Numbered from the stretch's first letter, positions 35,976 to 47,122 are shown. The stretch is DNA of 64,000 nt from Candidatus Omnitrophota bacterium (GCA_043798375.1 JAZDOS010000029.1:62955-126954); one strand, 5' to 3'. The notes: generated from the sequence alone by a model not told the origin. Program-made: numbers and translations.

Positions 35976-37976
35976 ATGAGCGACGTAGCAAAAAAAAGCA
36001 TATTCGGCAAGACCAAGGACATGCTCATAGGTAAGGCGCGAAACCTTTATGAGCCCGGCCTGTTCCAGAACATATCGCTGGTCGCCTTTTTTGCGTGGGT
36101 CGGGCTCGGGGTGGACGGCCTTTCATCCTGCTGTTACGGGCCTGAGGAGGCGTTCCTTGCCCTGAAGAGCCACATGTTTTTGGGGATATTCGTAGCGGCG
36201 ATCACAGCGATCACGATCTTCGTAATAAGCGCGAGTTACTCTCAGATAATAGAGCTCTTTCCGGCCGGCGGCGGAGGGTATCTCGTCGCATCCAAACTTC
36301 TTTCGCCGTCGCTGGGAATGATATCCGGCTGCGCCCTTTTGGTTGATTATGTTCTCACGATAGCCATTTCGATCGCCAGCGGCACCGACGCGCTTTTCAG
36401 CTTCCTGCCCGCCGGTTTTTATAAGTTTAAACTTCTTGTGGCCGCCCTTGGCGTAATAGCGCTCGTTCTTTTAAACCTTCGCGGAGTCAAGGAGTCGGTT
36501 CTTCCGCTCGTTCCCGTGTTTTTAATATTTTTGGCGACACATATTTTCGCGATCATCTATGCCATGGGAACGCATATGGCCGATTTCGGCGCGCTCGCCA
36601 ATACAACCGTAACCGAGGTCAAGTTCGCGAGCGCCGAACTCGGCATGTTCGGGATGTTCATGCTGATCATGCGCGCTTACAGCATGGGCGCCGGAACATA
36701 CACCGGAATAGAGGCCGTTTCAAACGGCCTTCCTATTTTACGGGAACCCAAGGTCGAAACGGCAAAAAAGACTATGAGGTATATGGCCGCCTCGCTGGCT
36801 TTCATGGCATGCGGGCTAATGATCGGATACCTGCTCTACAGGGTCCGGCACATCCCGGGGAAAACCTTAAACGCCGTACTCCTGGAAAATGTCGCCGCCG
36901 GCTGGAGCCCCGGCCTCGGAGAAACTTTTATTATTATAACACTGATCTCGGAGGCAGTGCTCCTCTGTGTAGCGGCGCAAACCGGTTTTCTGGACGGGCC
37001 GCGGGTACTCGCGAACATGGCGCAGGACCGCTGGTTCCCATACCAGTTCGCCCTCCTGAGCGAGCGGTTTGTAAACCAAAACGGCATCCTTTTGATGGGC
37101 GGCGCCGCTCTTACATTGATAGTCTTCAGCCGGGGTTCGGTGAAATTTCTCGTCGTCCTTTACGCGATAAACGTATTTATTACATTTTTACTTTCGCAGC
37201 TCGGCATGGTAAGGCACTGGTGGGAGGCAAGACGCAGGGTAACGGGATGGTTCAGGAAGCTTTCAATAAACGGAGTGGGCCTTGCGCTCACCGCTTTTAT
37301 ATTGGTCTCTGTAACAATAATAAAATTTCACGAGGGCGGCTGGCTCACGATATTCATAACGAGCTCGCTCGTATTGATAGCGGCGCTTATCAAGCGCTAC
37401 TACTTCAGGACACGAAAACAACTTTTGAGGCTCGATAACCTGGTCCATGTGACGGACCTGGAAAAGGCGGATACCCTGCAGCCGGGCCAGGTTCGGCCGG
37501 AGGTTAAATTCGACCCCGAATCAAAAACGGCGGTAATCCTTGTTAGCGGTTTCAACGGGATGGGCCTCCATACGCTCTTTAACGTGATGCGGTTATTCGG
37601 CGATACCTTCAAAAATTTCTTCTTCATTCAGGCGGGAATAGTCGATTCCGGGAATTTCAAGGGAGTTTATGAGATCGATAAGCTGAAAGAACATGTCGAC
37701 CAGGAGCTGGGCCACTATAAGAATTTTATGGAGCGTCAGGGATATCACGCCGAGATTTTCTCCACGATAGGGACCGACATCTCCGAGCAGATCTCGGAGC
37801 TCGCCTATAAAATATTCGAGCAATTCCCTCGGGCGGTATTCTTCGGCGGCCAGATAGTATTCAAGGAAGAGACTATATTCACGAAGATGCTTTACAATTA
37901 CACCACCTTTGCCGTGCAGAGGAGGCTTCACCAGCAGGGGATACCGTTTGTCGTTATGCCGGTCCGCGTGGATTAA
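35976..37976 (+). CDS. APC-superfamily transporter, KimA/YdaO-like (probable K+ uptake)
   Basis: DGLSS..YGPEE, GGGGY, LVDYVLT, NLRGVKES, TGIEAVSNG, plus a cytoplasmic C-terminal domain. Confidence 0.8.
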   Translation: MSDVAKKSIFGKTKDMLIGKARNLYEPGLFQNISLVAFFAWVGLGVDGLSSCCYGPEEAFLALKSHMFLGIFVAAITAITIFVISASYSQIIELFPAGGGGYLVASKLLSPSLGMISGCALLVDYVLTIAISIASGTDALFSFLPAGFYKFKLLVAALGVIALVLLNLRGVKESVLPLVPVFLIFLATHIFAIIYAMGTHMADFGALANTTVTEVKFASAELGMFGMFMLIMRAYSMGAGTYTGIEAVSNGLPILREPKVETAKKTMRYMAASLAFMACGLMIGYLLYRVRHIPGKTLNAVLLENVAAGWSPGLGETFIIITLISEAVLLCVAAQTGFLDGPRVLANMAQDRWFPYQFALLSERFVNQNGILLMGGAALTLIVFSRGSVKFLVVLYAINVFITFLLSQLGMVRHWWEARRRVTGWFRKLSINGVGLALTAFILVSVTIIKFHEGGWLTIFITSSLVLIAALIKRYYFRTRKQLLRLDNLVHVTDLEKADTLQPGQVRPEVKFDPESKTAVILVSGFNGMGLHTLFNVMRLFGDTFKNFFFIQAGIVDSGNFKGVYEIDKLKEHVDQELGHYKNFMERQGYHAEIFSTIGTDISEQISELAYKIFEQFPRAVFFGGQIVFKEETIFTKMLYNYTTFAVQRRLHQQGIPFVVMPVRVD

Positions 37977-38014
37977 TTACCAATATCGCAAACATAACTA
38001 ACAGGGAGGGATAA

Positions 38015-40342
38015 GTGCTATCAGGTCTCACTTTTTTTGAGCAGGCGGCTATCTGGTCGGTTTTAGGCGTCGCGCTTCTGGGGCTGGCTTACGCGCTCTT
38101 TCTTCGAAAACAGATTTTGGTCGAGGATAAGGGGGATGCCCGGATGCTGGAAGTCTGGAACGCGATACGCGAAGGCGCGGATACGTATCTACGCAAGCAA
38201 TTATTCTCCATACTTCCTTTAATAGGCGTCCTGACGTTTGCCCTCTTCTTTTCGGTCTTTATCGTTCCTCCTTCAGAAGACGCTATGGCGAGATTCGCAG
38301 GCCTTAGTGAATCTACGGTCCGGCTTATAATAGGTATAGGCAGGGCCCTCGCATTCATAATGGGCGCTTTATTTTCGCTTTTGGTAGGCCAACTCGGCAT
38401 GAGGATGGCTGTTCAGGGCAACGTCCGTGTCGCGGCCGCGTCGAAAAGGTCTTTCGGCGAGGCGCTGCGCATCGCTTACCGCACAGGCACTATCACCGGA
38501 ATGCTGACGGACGGCCTGGGATTATTCGGCGGAACTATAATATTTATTATTTTCGGCATCGCCGCGCCTGACGCGCTATTGGGATTCGGTTTCGGCGGAA
38601 CGTTATTAGCGCTATTCATGAGGGTAGGCGGAGGTATCTATACTAAAGCGGCTGACGTCGGCGCCGACCTCGTAGGCAAGGTGGAGGCGGGAATTCCCGA
38701 AGACGATCCGCGCAATCCGGCTGTAATAGCGGATCTCGTCGGGGATAACGTCGGCGATTGCGCCGGTATGGCGGCCGATATTTTCGAGTCGTATGAAGTA
38801 ACCATAGTATCCGCGCTTATACTGGGCCTTGCGCTATATCATATAACTCACAGGTTGGAATGGATAATATATCCGCTTCTCGTCCGCGGGATCGGAGTCG
38901 TCTGTTCGATAATAGGCACTTACGCCGTAAAGGGCACCTCTAATATCGGCAAGAGCGGAAACGCGATGCGCGCCATATTCCGCGGATTTCTCACTTCGGC
39001 CGTCATCTCGATCGCGTTGTTCGGAGGCCTTGCCTTTCTTTACATGAGCAAGCTGCCCGGCGGGTGGTGGAGGCCGTTTGCGGCAACAACGCTCGGCGTA
39101 CTGCTGGCCATAACGATCGACCGTCTCACCGAATATTTCACGGGAACAGAAGGTAAGCCCGTCCAGGAGGTAAGAAAATCGATGGATACCGGGCCGGCGA
39201 CCACAATACTTTCGGGTTTATCCGTCGGCCTGGAGTCTTCGGTCTGGTCGGTACTTGTGATTGCGGCGACGATATTCGGATCCATCCTTATATTCGGCAC
39301 TATCCCGGGGTTGTCCGGCGCCGAGAAGGTGACATACATACTCTACGGCGTGGCTATGACGGGCATAGGGATGCTCACCCTTACCGGCAACAACGTCGCC
39401 ATGGACTCGTTCGGCCCTATATCGGATAACGCCAACGGCATCGGCGAGATGGCGTGGCACGATAAAAAGGACGGCGCCACCACGAAGGCGCGCAAGATCA
39501 TGGCGGACCTCGACGCAGTAGGAAACACGACAAAGGCTATCACTAAAGGGGTCGCCATAGGCTCTGCCGTAATAGCGGCGGTTGCGCTATTCGGTTCTTA
39601 CATGGTCGACGTAAGCAAGGTCCAGGCGGCGATGGGGATGCCGCTGGGGGATCAGCTTAATTCTGTCGGTATCCGCGTCTCGGTTCCGCAGGTATTCGTC
39701 GGAATGCTCATCGGAGGCGCAATACCGTGGCTATTTTCTTCGTTCTGCATCAAGGCCGTCAGCCGCGCCGCCTCGCTGATAGTAGAGGAGGTCCGCAGGC
39801 AATTCCGCCTCGGCGTGTTGGACGGCAAGATAAAACCTGATTACAGGCAGGCTGTAGCGATATCCACAACGGCCGCGCAAAAAGAACTGGTGGGCCTCGC
39901 TCTCCTCGGAGTTGTATCACCGATATTGGTGGGGCTCGTTCTGCAGGTAGAAGCGCTCGGCGGATTTCTGGCCGGCATAATTTTATCGGGGCAGCTCCTG
40001 GCAGTGTTTATGGCCAACGCCGGCGGCGCGTGGGATAACGCCAAGAAGACGATCGAAGACGAAGAGTGCGATATCGCCAATAACAGGGGAAAGGGATCCG
40101 AGAGGCATAAGGCGGGCGTAGTCGGCGATACCGTCGGCGATCCGCTGAAGGATACCGCGGGCCCGGCGCTCAACCCGATGATAAAGGTCGTCAACCTTGT
40201 GTCGGTAATAATAGCTCCTATCGTTGTCCAATACAATAAACTCGGGCTTGGTACATGGGTGGTCATATCTCTACTCTCGGCAAGCCTCGTCTGGGCTGTG
40301 TGGCAGAGTAAGAGGTCCGCTCCTGATGTGGTATCGGTATAA
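38015..40342 (+). CDS. hppA: Membrane-bound ion-translocating pyrophosphatase, K+-independent type
   Basis: GGGIYTKAADVGADLVGKVE..IPEDDPRN, DNVGD, GNTTKA (Lys at the K+-dependence position), GDTVGDP.KDTAGP. Confidence 0.95.
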   Translation: MLSGLTFFEQAAIWSVLGVALLGLAYALFLRKQILVEDKGDARMLEVWNAIREGADTYLRKQLFSILPLIGVLTFALFFSVFIVPPSEDAMARFAGLSESTVRLIIGIGRALAFIMGALFSLLVGQLGMRMAVQGNVRVAAASKRSFGEALRIAYRTGTITGMLTDGLGLFGGTIIFIIFGIAAPDALLGFGFGGTLLALFMRVGGGIYTKAADVGADLVGKVEAGIPEDDPRNPAVIADLVGDNVGDCAGMAADIFESYEVTIVSALILGLALYHITHRLEWIIYPLLVRGIGVVCSIIGTYAVKGTSNIGKSGNAMRAIFRGFLTSAVISIALFGGLAFLYMSKLPGGWWRPFAATTLGVLLAITIDRLTEYFTGTEGKPVQEVRKSMDTGPATTILSGLSVGLESSVWSVLVIAATIFGSILIFGTIPGLSGAEKVTYILYGVAMTGIGMLTLTGNNVAMDSFGPISDNANGIGEMAWHDKKDGATTKARKIMADLDAVGNTTKAITKGVAIGSAVIAAVALFGSYMVDVSKVQAAMGMPLGDQLNSVGIRVSVPQVFVGMLIGGAIPWLFSSFCIKAVSRAASLIVEEVRRQFRLGVLDGKIKPDYRQAVAISTTAAQKELVGLALLGVVSPILVGLVLQVEALGGFLAGIILSGQLLAVFMANAGGAWDNAKKTIEDEECDIANNRGKGSERHKAGVVGDTVGDPLKDTAGPALNPMIKVVNLVSVIIAPIVVQYNKLGLGTWVVISLLSASLVWAVWQSKRSAPDVVSV

Positions 40343-40345
40343 TTT

Positions 40346-41779
40346 ATGCATACAAATTTACTTCTGGCAATCGTGCTTGTGCCGATAACAGGATCTTTCT
40401 TGCTTCCTGTTGCCGGCCGCATATCCGAGAGGATGAGGAACGCTCTGGCGCTTCTATTGGTCATCATACCATTGATAGGCTCGGCCCTGATCGCCCCGAT
40501 CGTCCTGACGGGCCAGAAGATCACTATCCTGTGGGGAGTTCCGCTCGGATTCGATTTTATCCTGACGGCCGATCGCCTCGCCGTCTTCATGGCGCTCGTC
40601 TCATCTCTCATAAGCGCCATAATAATCCTGTATTCGTTCGGATATATAAGCCATTATGACAACCGAAATGAGTACTACTTCATGGTAGTGCTCTTCGTGG
40701 GCGCTATGATGGGTATTGTCTATTCCGGAAACCTGATCTTCCTGTATCTCTTCTGGGAGATCACTGCGATAACAAGCTGGCGTTTAATAGGGTTCTTCCG
40801 CGCAAAAGAACATGTCATAAAGGCGGACAAGGCGTTTCTCGTAACAATCGGAGGAGCGCTCGCGATGTTGATAGGATTTATCTTCATATACCAAAAGACC
40901 GGTTCTTTTGACCTGGTCGTGATAAAAGAAACTCTCAAGGGCATTCCGATCCCCGACATATTCGTGATGCTGATACTTTTCGGGATACTCTCCAAATCCG
41001 CGACGCTTCCGTTCCACACATGGCTTCCGGACGCCGGCGTCGCGCCGTCGCCCGTAACGGCGCTCCTTCACGCGGCGCTTCTCGTCAAGATCGGTGTCTA
41101 TGTATTCGCAAGACTCTTCATCGTGACATTTTCATACACAGCGGTATGGCACACGATTTTACCTGTGATAGCGGCTATAAGCGCTCTCGTCGCGGCCGGC
41201 GCAGCGCTGGTTGAAACAGACATGAAGCGCATAATAGCATACTCGACGGTGAGCCAAATAGCCTTTATATTTCTTGGATTCTCAGTCGGAAATGAAATAG
41301 GGATTGCCGGCGCTCTTCTATTTATACTGATGCACGGGCTTGCCAAGGGGGGGCTATTCCTCTGCGCAGGCATAGTCGAACAGAATACAAAGACCAAGGA
41401 CATAAGGAAGCTGGGGGGCCTTATAAGCACAATGCCGATAACTGCGGTTTCATTTTTCGCCTGCTCGTTATCGGTAATGGGGGTGCCGCCTTTCGGCGGG
41501 TTCTTCTCGAAATACCTCGTATTCTCCGGCGCGGTATCATCGGGCCATATCATGATAGCGCTTACATTCTTATTCGGCTCTCTTTTAACCATAGTCTATC
41601 TATTCAGGATATTTAACATGATATTTTTAGGCGAAGGGTCTATCAAGGCGAGGGAGGGCTCGGCTACGATGGTATTTTCGGTGGCAGCCCTTGCCGTCCT
41701 TTCTATTATCGGAGGCATTTGTATAAGTTATCCTTCCGGATTTGCGGGGGCTTGCGTAAAACAGATGCTGGGTTTATAG
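40346..41779 (+). CDS. Antiporter-like subunit 1 (NuoL/MrpA/HyfB-like) of membrane hydrogenase
   Basis: LFWE, SKSA..PFHTWLPDA..APSPVTALLH, KRIIAYSTVSQ, PPF.GFFSK. Confidence 0.88.
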   Translation: MHTNLLLAIVLVPITGSFLLPVAGRISERMRNALALLLVIIPLIGSALIAPIVLTGQKITILWGVPLGFDFILTADRLAVFMALVSSLISAIIILYSFGYISHYDNRNEYYFMVVLFVGAMMGIVYSGNLIFLYLFWEITAITSWRLIGFFRAKEHVIKADKAFLVTIGGALAMLIGFIFIYQKTGSFDLVVIKETLKGIPIPDIFVMLILFGILSKSATLPFHTWLPDAGVAPSPVTALLHAALLVKIGVYVFARLFIVTFSYTAVWHTILPVIAAISALVAAGAALVETDMKRIIAYSTVSQIAFIFLGFSVGNEIGIAGALLFILMHGLAKGGLFLCAGIVEQNTKTKDIRKLGGLISTMPITAVSFFACSLSVMGVPPFGGFFSKYLVFSGAVSSGHIMIALTFLFGSLLTIVYLFRIFNMIFLGEGSIKAREGSATMVFSVAALAVLSIIGGICISYPSGFAGACVKQMLGL

Positions 41780-43609
41780 ATGAATATATTATTCTTACCT
41801 ATATTGATACCTGTCGCGGCAGGCTTGATTGTCTGGGTCCTGCCTAAAAAAGCGAAACTGCCGAGAGACGCTGTGGTACTGGTCTCGACGCTCGCTAACA
41901 TGGCTATAGCCGTAATGTTATTTAAAAGAGAGGTGGTTTTTTCTTATCCGTGGGTCGGATTCGGTTTCGAGTTCTCTTTAAGGTTGTACAATTTCAGCGC
42001 GTTCATCGTGGGAGCGGCTGCCTGTTTCGGCGTACTCATTGCGTTGTATTCAAGTGTTTTCATAGGCCTTAAAAATTACTCCAGGTCATTTTTCGCCTAT
42101 CTTCTCTTAACGCTCGGTTTTTTGAACGGGGCGGTCCTGTCGAACAATCTGCTTTTGATGCTTTTCTTCTGGGAAGCCCTCCTGATAATGCAGTTCGGAA
42201 TGATCATACTGGGGGGGAGATCTGCTTTCAGGACCGCTACAAAAGCGTTCATAATAATCGGCGCGAGCGACCTATGCCTGATGGTCGGAATAGCGCTTTA
42301 CGGCTCGCTATCGGGTTCGTTCACGTTCTCGAAACTTATGCCGCTCGCCGGCCTGGGGGGAGGCCTGGCGTTCGTATTATTGATGATAGGCGCTATTGCG
42401 AAGGCGGGCTCGATGCCGTTTCACAGCTGGATCCCTGACGCCGCGCTGGACGCGCCGCTTCCCTTTATGGCATTAGTCCCCGCTGCATTAGAGAAACTTT
42501 TAGGGATATATTTCCTGGCGAGAATTTCTTTGGATATGTTTCAACTTAACCCTGATTCCTGGGCAAGTATCATGCTGATGATTATCGGAGCGATAACCAT
42601 ACTCCTTGCCGTAATGATGGCGTTGATACAGAAAGATTATACCAAGCTTTTATCGTATCACGCTATCAGCCAGGTAGGTTATATGATTTTAGGTATCGGC
42701 ACCGCTGTCTCAGCCGGGATTGTCGGCGGATTATTCCATATGATTAACCACGCCATGTATAAGAGCTGCCTGTTTCTTACAAGCGGCTCAGTGGCAAAGC
42801 AGACCGGCACCACAAATCTGGAAAAGTTGGGGGGCTTGGGCAGAAAAATGCCCTGGACTTTTATCTGTTTTATCGTGACCGCGGCTTCCATATCCGGTGT
42901 CCCGCCGTTTAACGGCTTCTTTTCCAAAGAATTGGTTTATGAAGGGGCGCTAGAAAGAGGTTTAATCTTTTATATCGCCGCCGTAGCCGGCTCTTTCTTT
43001 ACTGCGGCTTCATTTTTAAAATTAGGGCACGCGGCATTTTTAGGCAAATTAAATCCGGAGCATAAGGATGTAAAAGAGGCGCGGATATCTATGCTGGCCC
43101 CAATGCTCTTTATTGCTTTTATGTGCATACTTTTCGGAGTGTGTAATTCCTTGCCTCTTAATAATTTGATCCAGCCGATATTAGGAGAAAGGCTCCACGG
43201 CCATAATTATAGCGGCGCCCCCCAAAATTTAAAAATGGTGATTGTTACGATGGCGGTATTGCTCGGCGCGTTTTTAAATCACCTCTTTGGCTTCAAAACC
43301 AAAGGCAGCGGCTTGAAAGCAGTTGACCATATTCACTATGCTCCTGTTTTATCGGGGATTTATGCGCGGGCTGAAAATAGATATTTTGACCCTTACGAGA
43401 TCGGCCTGAAAGTTTCTCAGGCATTCAGTAGATTAAGCTGGCGGGTGGACAGGGGTATTGACGCAATATACAGTAAGGTAGTGACAGGATTAGCCTATTG
43501 GCTTACCGGTATTTTGAGAAGATTGCATAATGGCAGTTTTGCAACATACCTGATCTGGTCTCTCGTCGGGATGTTATTAGTAACGCTGTTTTTGTTGTAT
43601 TCAGCTTAA
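41780..43609 (+). CDS. Antiporter-like subunit 2 (NuoL/HyfB-like)
   Basis: FFWE, KAGSMPFHSWIPDAA, LLSYHAISQ.GY, VPPFNGFFSK. Confidence 0.88.
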   Translation: MNILFLPILIPVAAGLIVWVLPKKAKLPRDAVVLVSTLANMAIAVMLFKREVVFSYPWVGFGFEFSLRLYNFSAFIVGAAACFGVLIALYSSVFIGLKNYSRSFFAYLLLTLGFLNGAVLSNNLLLMLFFWEALLIMQFGMIILGGRSAFRTATKAFIIIGASDLCLMVGIALYGSLSGSFTFSKLMPLAGLGGGLAFVLLMIGAIAKAGSMPFHSWIPDAALDAPLPFMALVPAALEKLLGIYFLARISLDMFQLNPDSWASIMLMIIGAITILLAVMMALIQKDYTKLLSYHAISQVGYMILGIGTAVSAGIVGGLFHMINHAMYKSCLFLTSGSVAKQTGTTNLEKLGGLGRKMPWTFICFIVTAASISGVPPFNGFFSKELVYEGALERGLIFYIAAVAGSFFTAASFLKLGHAAFLGKLNPEHKDVKEARISMLAPMLFIAFMCILFGVCNSLPLNNLIQPILGERLHGHNYSGAPQNLKMVIVTMAVLLGAFLNHLFGFKTKGSGLKAVDHIHYAPVLSGIYARAENRYFDPYEIGLKVSQAFSRLSWRVDRGIDAIYSKVVTGLAYWLTGILRRLHNGSFATYLIWSLVGMLLVTLFLLYSA

Positions 43610-43629
43610 TTGCATAGGGGAGAATCTCA

Positions 43630-45039
43630 ATGTCCCAGGCTCTAATTGTCATACCGTTGTTGAGCGTGATTGTTTTGAATCTGCCCTTTAGGGTCCTGAT
43701 GAAAAAGGCGGCTTTTTGGCTGGCCCTGGTTTTGTTTATCAGTCAGATCTGCCTGGTTATTTTTGTTCCTTTTAATCTATGGAGTCGTAACTTAGGCGTA
43801 TTCGGGACTTTCTTGAAGTTTAACCTTATGGTTGACCCCCTCGCTTTGGTCATGCTGCTTTGCATCGGTATAGTTTTGTTTATTTCGCTTCTGGTGGCTA
43901 ATTTTCTGCTTACCGACGCAGAACAAAAGTTCAATTTTACCAATCTTTTATTGATCATTCTCTCCGGGATGAACGGCGTAGTCATGGCCAGCGATATTTT
44001 TTCCCTGTTTGTCTTTATGGAGATCACCTCCGTGGTTTCTTTTATTCTGGTAGCTTTTAAAAGAAACAGCGAGGGGTTTGAGGCGGCTTTCAAGTATCTA
44101 ATTCTTTCGGGTATCGCTACTGTGGCGATGCTTTCCGCGATCGCCTTAATTTTACTGATCTCAGGGGGTACGAGTTTTCAGGAAGTGCGTGCTGCGATGA
44201 GCGCCTCGCCGCATAATTTCCTGATCATCTTTGCCATAGGTATATTTATCTGCGGTCTTTTTGTCAAAGGCGGACTAATGCCTTTTCATGCCTGGCTGCC
44301 GGATGCCCACTCTGCGGCGCATTCAGCGGTGTCTATACTTTTATCCGGTGTACAGATAAAGGTATTGGGTGCCTACGTATTATTACGATTAATCACCGCG
44401 GTTTTTGGCTATACAAACTCGATTACGCAGATACTGATGGTGGTGGGCTTGATTTCAATGATCTTTGGCGCTCTGGGCGCGTTAGGGCAGAACGATTTCA
44501 AAAGAATGCTTGCCTATTCCAGCATCAGTAATATGGGCTATATCGTCTTAGGGTTTGGTTGCGGGACGACGCTGGCAATAGCAGGCGCTCTATTTCATTT
44601 GTTTAATCACGCGGTTTTTAAATCACTTTTGTTCGCTAATGCCGCGGCGGTAGAATTCAGAACCGGCACCCGGGATATGGATAAGATGGGGGGCTTGGCA
44701 GAGTGTATGCCTGTAACCGGCCTGACTTCGGTTTTAGGAAGCCTTTCTGCTGCCGGGGTTCCGCCGCTTGCCGGATTTTGGAGTAAACTTATTATCGTAA
44801 TCGCCTTGTGGGCAGCCGGATATCGCGCCTATGCGGCAATGGCAGTAGTGGGCAGCCTCATTACTCTTGCCTATCTACTTTCTATGCAAAGGAGAGTTTT
44901 TTTTGGTAAGATAACGGAAGAATTTAAAGGGATAAAAGAGGCGGGTTTTGGATTGATATTGCCTGCCATGATACTTGCTGTGATAACCGTTGCGGTAGGC
45001 CTGATCTTTCCCTTTCTATTAAGGCTGGCGCAATTTTAG
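43630..45039 (+). CDS. Antiporter-like subunit 3 (MrpD/MbhH-like)
   Basis: FVFMEI, EAAFKY, PFHAWLPDAHS, KRMLAYSSIS, PPLAGFWSK. Confidence 0.88.
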   Translation: MSQALIVIPLLSVIVLNLPFRVLMKKAAFWLALVLFISQICLVIFVPFNLWSRNLGVFGTFLKFNLMVDPLALVMLLCIGIVLFISLLVANFLLTDAEQKFNFTNLLLIILSGMNGVVMASDIFSLFVFMEITSVVSFILVAFKRNSEGFEAAFKYLILSGIATVAMLSAIALILLISGGTSFQEVRAAMSASPHNFLIIFAIGIFICGLFVKGGLMPFHAWLPDAHSAAHSAVSILLSGVQIKVLGAYVLLRLITAVFGYTNSITQILMVVGLISMIFGALGALGQNDFKRMLAYSSISNMGYIVLGFGCGTTLAIAGALFHLFNHAVFKSLLFANAAAVEFRTGTRDMDKMGGLAECMPVTGLTSVLGSLSAAGVPPLAGFWSKLIIVIALWAAGYRAYAAMAVVGSLITLAYLLSMQRRVFFGKITEEFKGIKEAGFGLILPAMILAVITVAVGLIFPFLLRLAQF

Positions 45040-45048
45040 GAGCAAAAG

Positions 45049-45543
45049 TTGCTGAACACGATCGATTTAATTATTCTGATTTTTATGATTCTTGGGGCAT
45101 TATGGGTAGTGATGACCCGCAGTTTATTGCGTGCGGCAATTGCTTTGGCTTTTACGAGCGCGGTATTATCCATACTGATGTTTCGGCTCAGCGCTCCATT
45201 AGCTGCGGTTTTTGAATTGTCGGTATGCACGGGCCTGGTCTCCGTATTATTTATCAGCGCCATCAGCCTGACCCATCCCTCAACCCGCGAAGAAACCATC
45301 GAGCATATGGCAGAGAGGCTGCGGAAGTTTAAGTATTTACCTTTTATTGTCGTAGCAGTAGGTATCGCACTTAGTTTTGTTGCCGTAAAACTTACTTTAC
45401 AGTTACCGCCGCCGGAACTAGAAGACGATGTGCGCATGATTATGTGGAATTTAAGGCCGCTGGATATGGTGGGGCAGGTAATCATATTATTGAGCGGAGT
45501 CTTTGGAGTGGTGATCTTATTTAAAGAAGCGAATAAAAAATGA
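45049..45543 (+). CDS. NuoJ/MnhB-like membrane subunit
   Basis: APLAAVFELSVC.GL, WNLRPLD..GQ. Confidence 0.75.
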   Translation: MLNTIDLIILIFMILGALWVVMTRSLLRAAIALAFTSAVLSILMFRLSAPLAAVFELSVCTGLVSVLFISAISLTHPSTREETIEHMAERLRKFKYLPFIVVAVGIALSFVAVKLTLQLPPPELEDDVRMIMWNLRPLDMVGQVIILLSGVFGVVILFKEANKK

Positions 45544-45860
45544 ACTTAGAGCTTTTGCAGACATTCTGGCCTTTAGGTATTTTTATGATCGTGCTTTGTA
45601 TGATCGGCCTTTACTGTTTGCTGGCGACATACAATTTAATCAGGGCATTGCTGGGATTAGAATTGATCATTAAGGCAGTGACGTTATTAATTATTGTTGT
45701 CGGATATATCAGCCGCCATACTGCCCTTGCCCAGGCTATTGTGATCACTTTTATCGTCATTGAAGTAGTGGTGATGACGGTTGCCATCGGTATTGTTTTA
45801 GGTATACGCGGCCATAATGATTCTTTGGATGTGCGAAAGGTCAGGAATTTAAAGGGATAG
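45540..45860 (+). CDS. NuoK/MnhC-like subunit
   Basis: IGLYCLL...NLIR.LLGLEL, IVIE, SLDVR...LKG. Confidence 0.82.
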   Translation: MNLELLQTFWPLGIFMIVLCMIGLYCLLATYNLIRALLGLELIIKAVTLLIIVVGYISRHTALAQAIVITFIVIEVVVMTVAIGIVLGIRGHNDSLDVRKVRNLKG

Positions 45861-45873
45861 GTGTAAATAGAAT

Positions 45874-46206
45874 ATGGATAAGCTGCTGCTTTCACCTCCG
45901 GTTGCTTTTATCATAGTGCTGGCAGTATGTTTTTTACTTGCACGCCTTTTTTCTAAGCTTTCCTTTCGCCCTAAAAGCCACACCGGCGGAGAGGGTGAAT
46001 CTTACGCCTGCGGAGAAAAAACTTATGATAATACAGCGCAGCCGGACTATAATACTTTTTTTGCTTTTGCTTTTTTCTTTACCATTGCCCACGTAGCTAC
46101 TTTGATTATGGCTACAGTTCACGCGCAAAATATGCAGGCATTTGTTTTAGCATTCCTGTATATAATAGGTACGGTTACCGGATTATATATTTTATTGAGA
46201 AAGTAG
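45874..46206 (+). CDS. NuoA-like membrane subunit
   Basis: Three TM helices with ESYACGE loop, FAFFFTI.H. Confidence 0.75.
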   Translation: MDKLLLSPPVAFIIVLAVCFLLARLFSKLSFRPKSHTGGEGESYACGEKTYDNTAQPDYNTFFAFAFFFTIAHVATLIMATVHAQNMQAFVLAFLYIIGTVTGLYILLRK

Positions 46207-46216
46207 GGGCCTTGAT

Positions 46217-46645
46217 ATGGAAGTTGTCAAAAAAATCGTAACCTGGGCAAGAATCAAATCGCCCTGGATCATACATTTCAATACCGGGGCATGCAATGCC
46301 TGTGATATTGAAATTATCGCGGCATTGACACCGCGTTATGACCTGGAGAGGTTCGGGGTACTGCTTAAAGGAACGCCCAGGCATGCGGATATCCTGGTTT
46401 GTTCAGGGCCGGTCACTAAACAGGTCCGGGACAGGCTAAAGAGAATCTATGAGCAGACGGTAGAGCCTAAATTTGTCATTGCCGTCGGTACTTGCGCCTG
46501 CACCGGCGGTGTATTCGGCGGTTGTTATAATGTCGGGGGCGGGATAGATACAGCGATACCTGTTTCTGCCTATATACCCGGATGCCCGGCTAGCCCTAAA
46601 GCGATAATCGACGGAGCAGTAAAGCTCCTGGCGAGTTTAAAGTAA
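46217..46645 (+). CDS. [NiFe]-hydrogenase group 4 small subunit (NuoB/EchC-like)
   Basis: CNACDIE, YDLERFG, PRHAD, GTCACTGG, IPGCP. Confidence 0.92.
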   Translation: MEVVKKIVTWARIKSPWIIHFNTGACNACDIEIIAALTPRYDLERFGVLLKGTPRHADILVCSGPVTKQVRDRLKRIYEQTVEPKFVIAVGTCACTGGVFGGCYNVGGGIDTAIPVSAYIPGCPASPKAIIDGAVKLLASLK

Positions 46646-46672
46646 GGATAAAGAATATAATTAGGAGGAGAC

Positions 46673-47122
46673 ATGTCTTTAGAAGAGGGCATTGTACAGG
46701 AATTAAGCAAAAAATTTCCGTATCTTGAGGGTAATATTAAAATAACCCGCCCCCGGCGTTTATTTTTAGCGTTAGAACCAGCCCGCCTGGAAGCGGTATT
46801 AGCATATGCTTTGAAAAATTTAGGATTCCTGCATTTGCTTTCGATTACCGGCCTTGATGAGCAGGATAATCTGAGCTTTATTTATCATTTGAGCCAAGAT
46901 AGCGGCGTGGTTTTGAATTTAAAAACATCAGTTTCAAAAAACCACCCCGTAATAAAGACAATCACGAAATATTTTTCCGGTGCTGATATTTATGAGAGGG
47001 AACTGATGGATTTGTTTGGCGCCGAAGTAGAAGGATTACCCGCAGGCAACCGGTATCCTCTCGCCGATGATTGGCCGGCAGGGCAGTTTCCCTTACGTAA
47101 AGACTGGAAGCAGGCAGGTTAG
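46673..47122 (+). CDS. NuoC/EchD-like subunit
   Basis: SITGLD, YERELMDLFG..V.G.P, PLRKDW. Confidence 0.9.
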   Translation: MSLEEGIVQELSKKFPYLEGNIKITRPRRLFLALEPARLEAVLAYALKNLGFLHLLSITGLDEQDNLSFIYHLSQDSGVVLNLKTSVSKNHPVIKTITKYFSGADIYERELMDLFGAEVEGLPAGNRYPLADDWPAGQFPLRKDWKQAG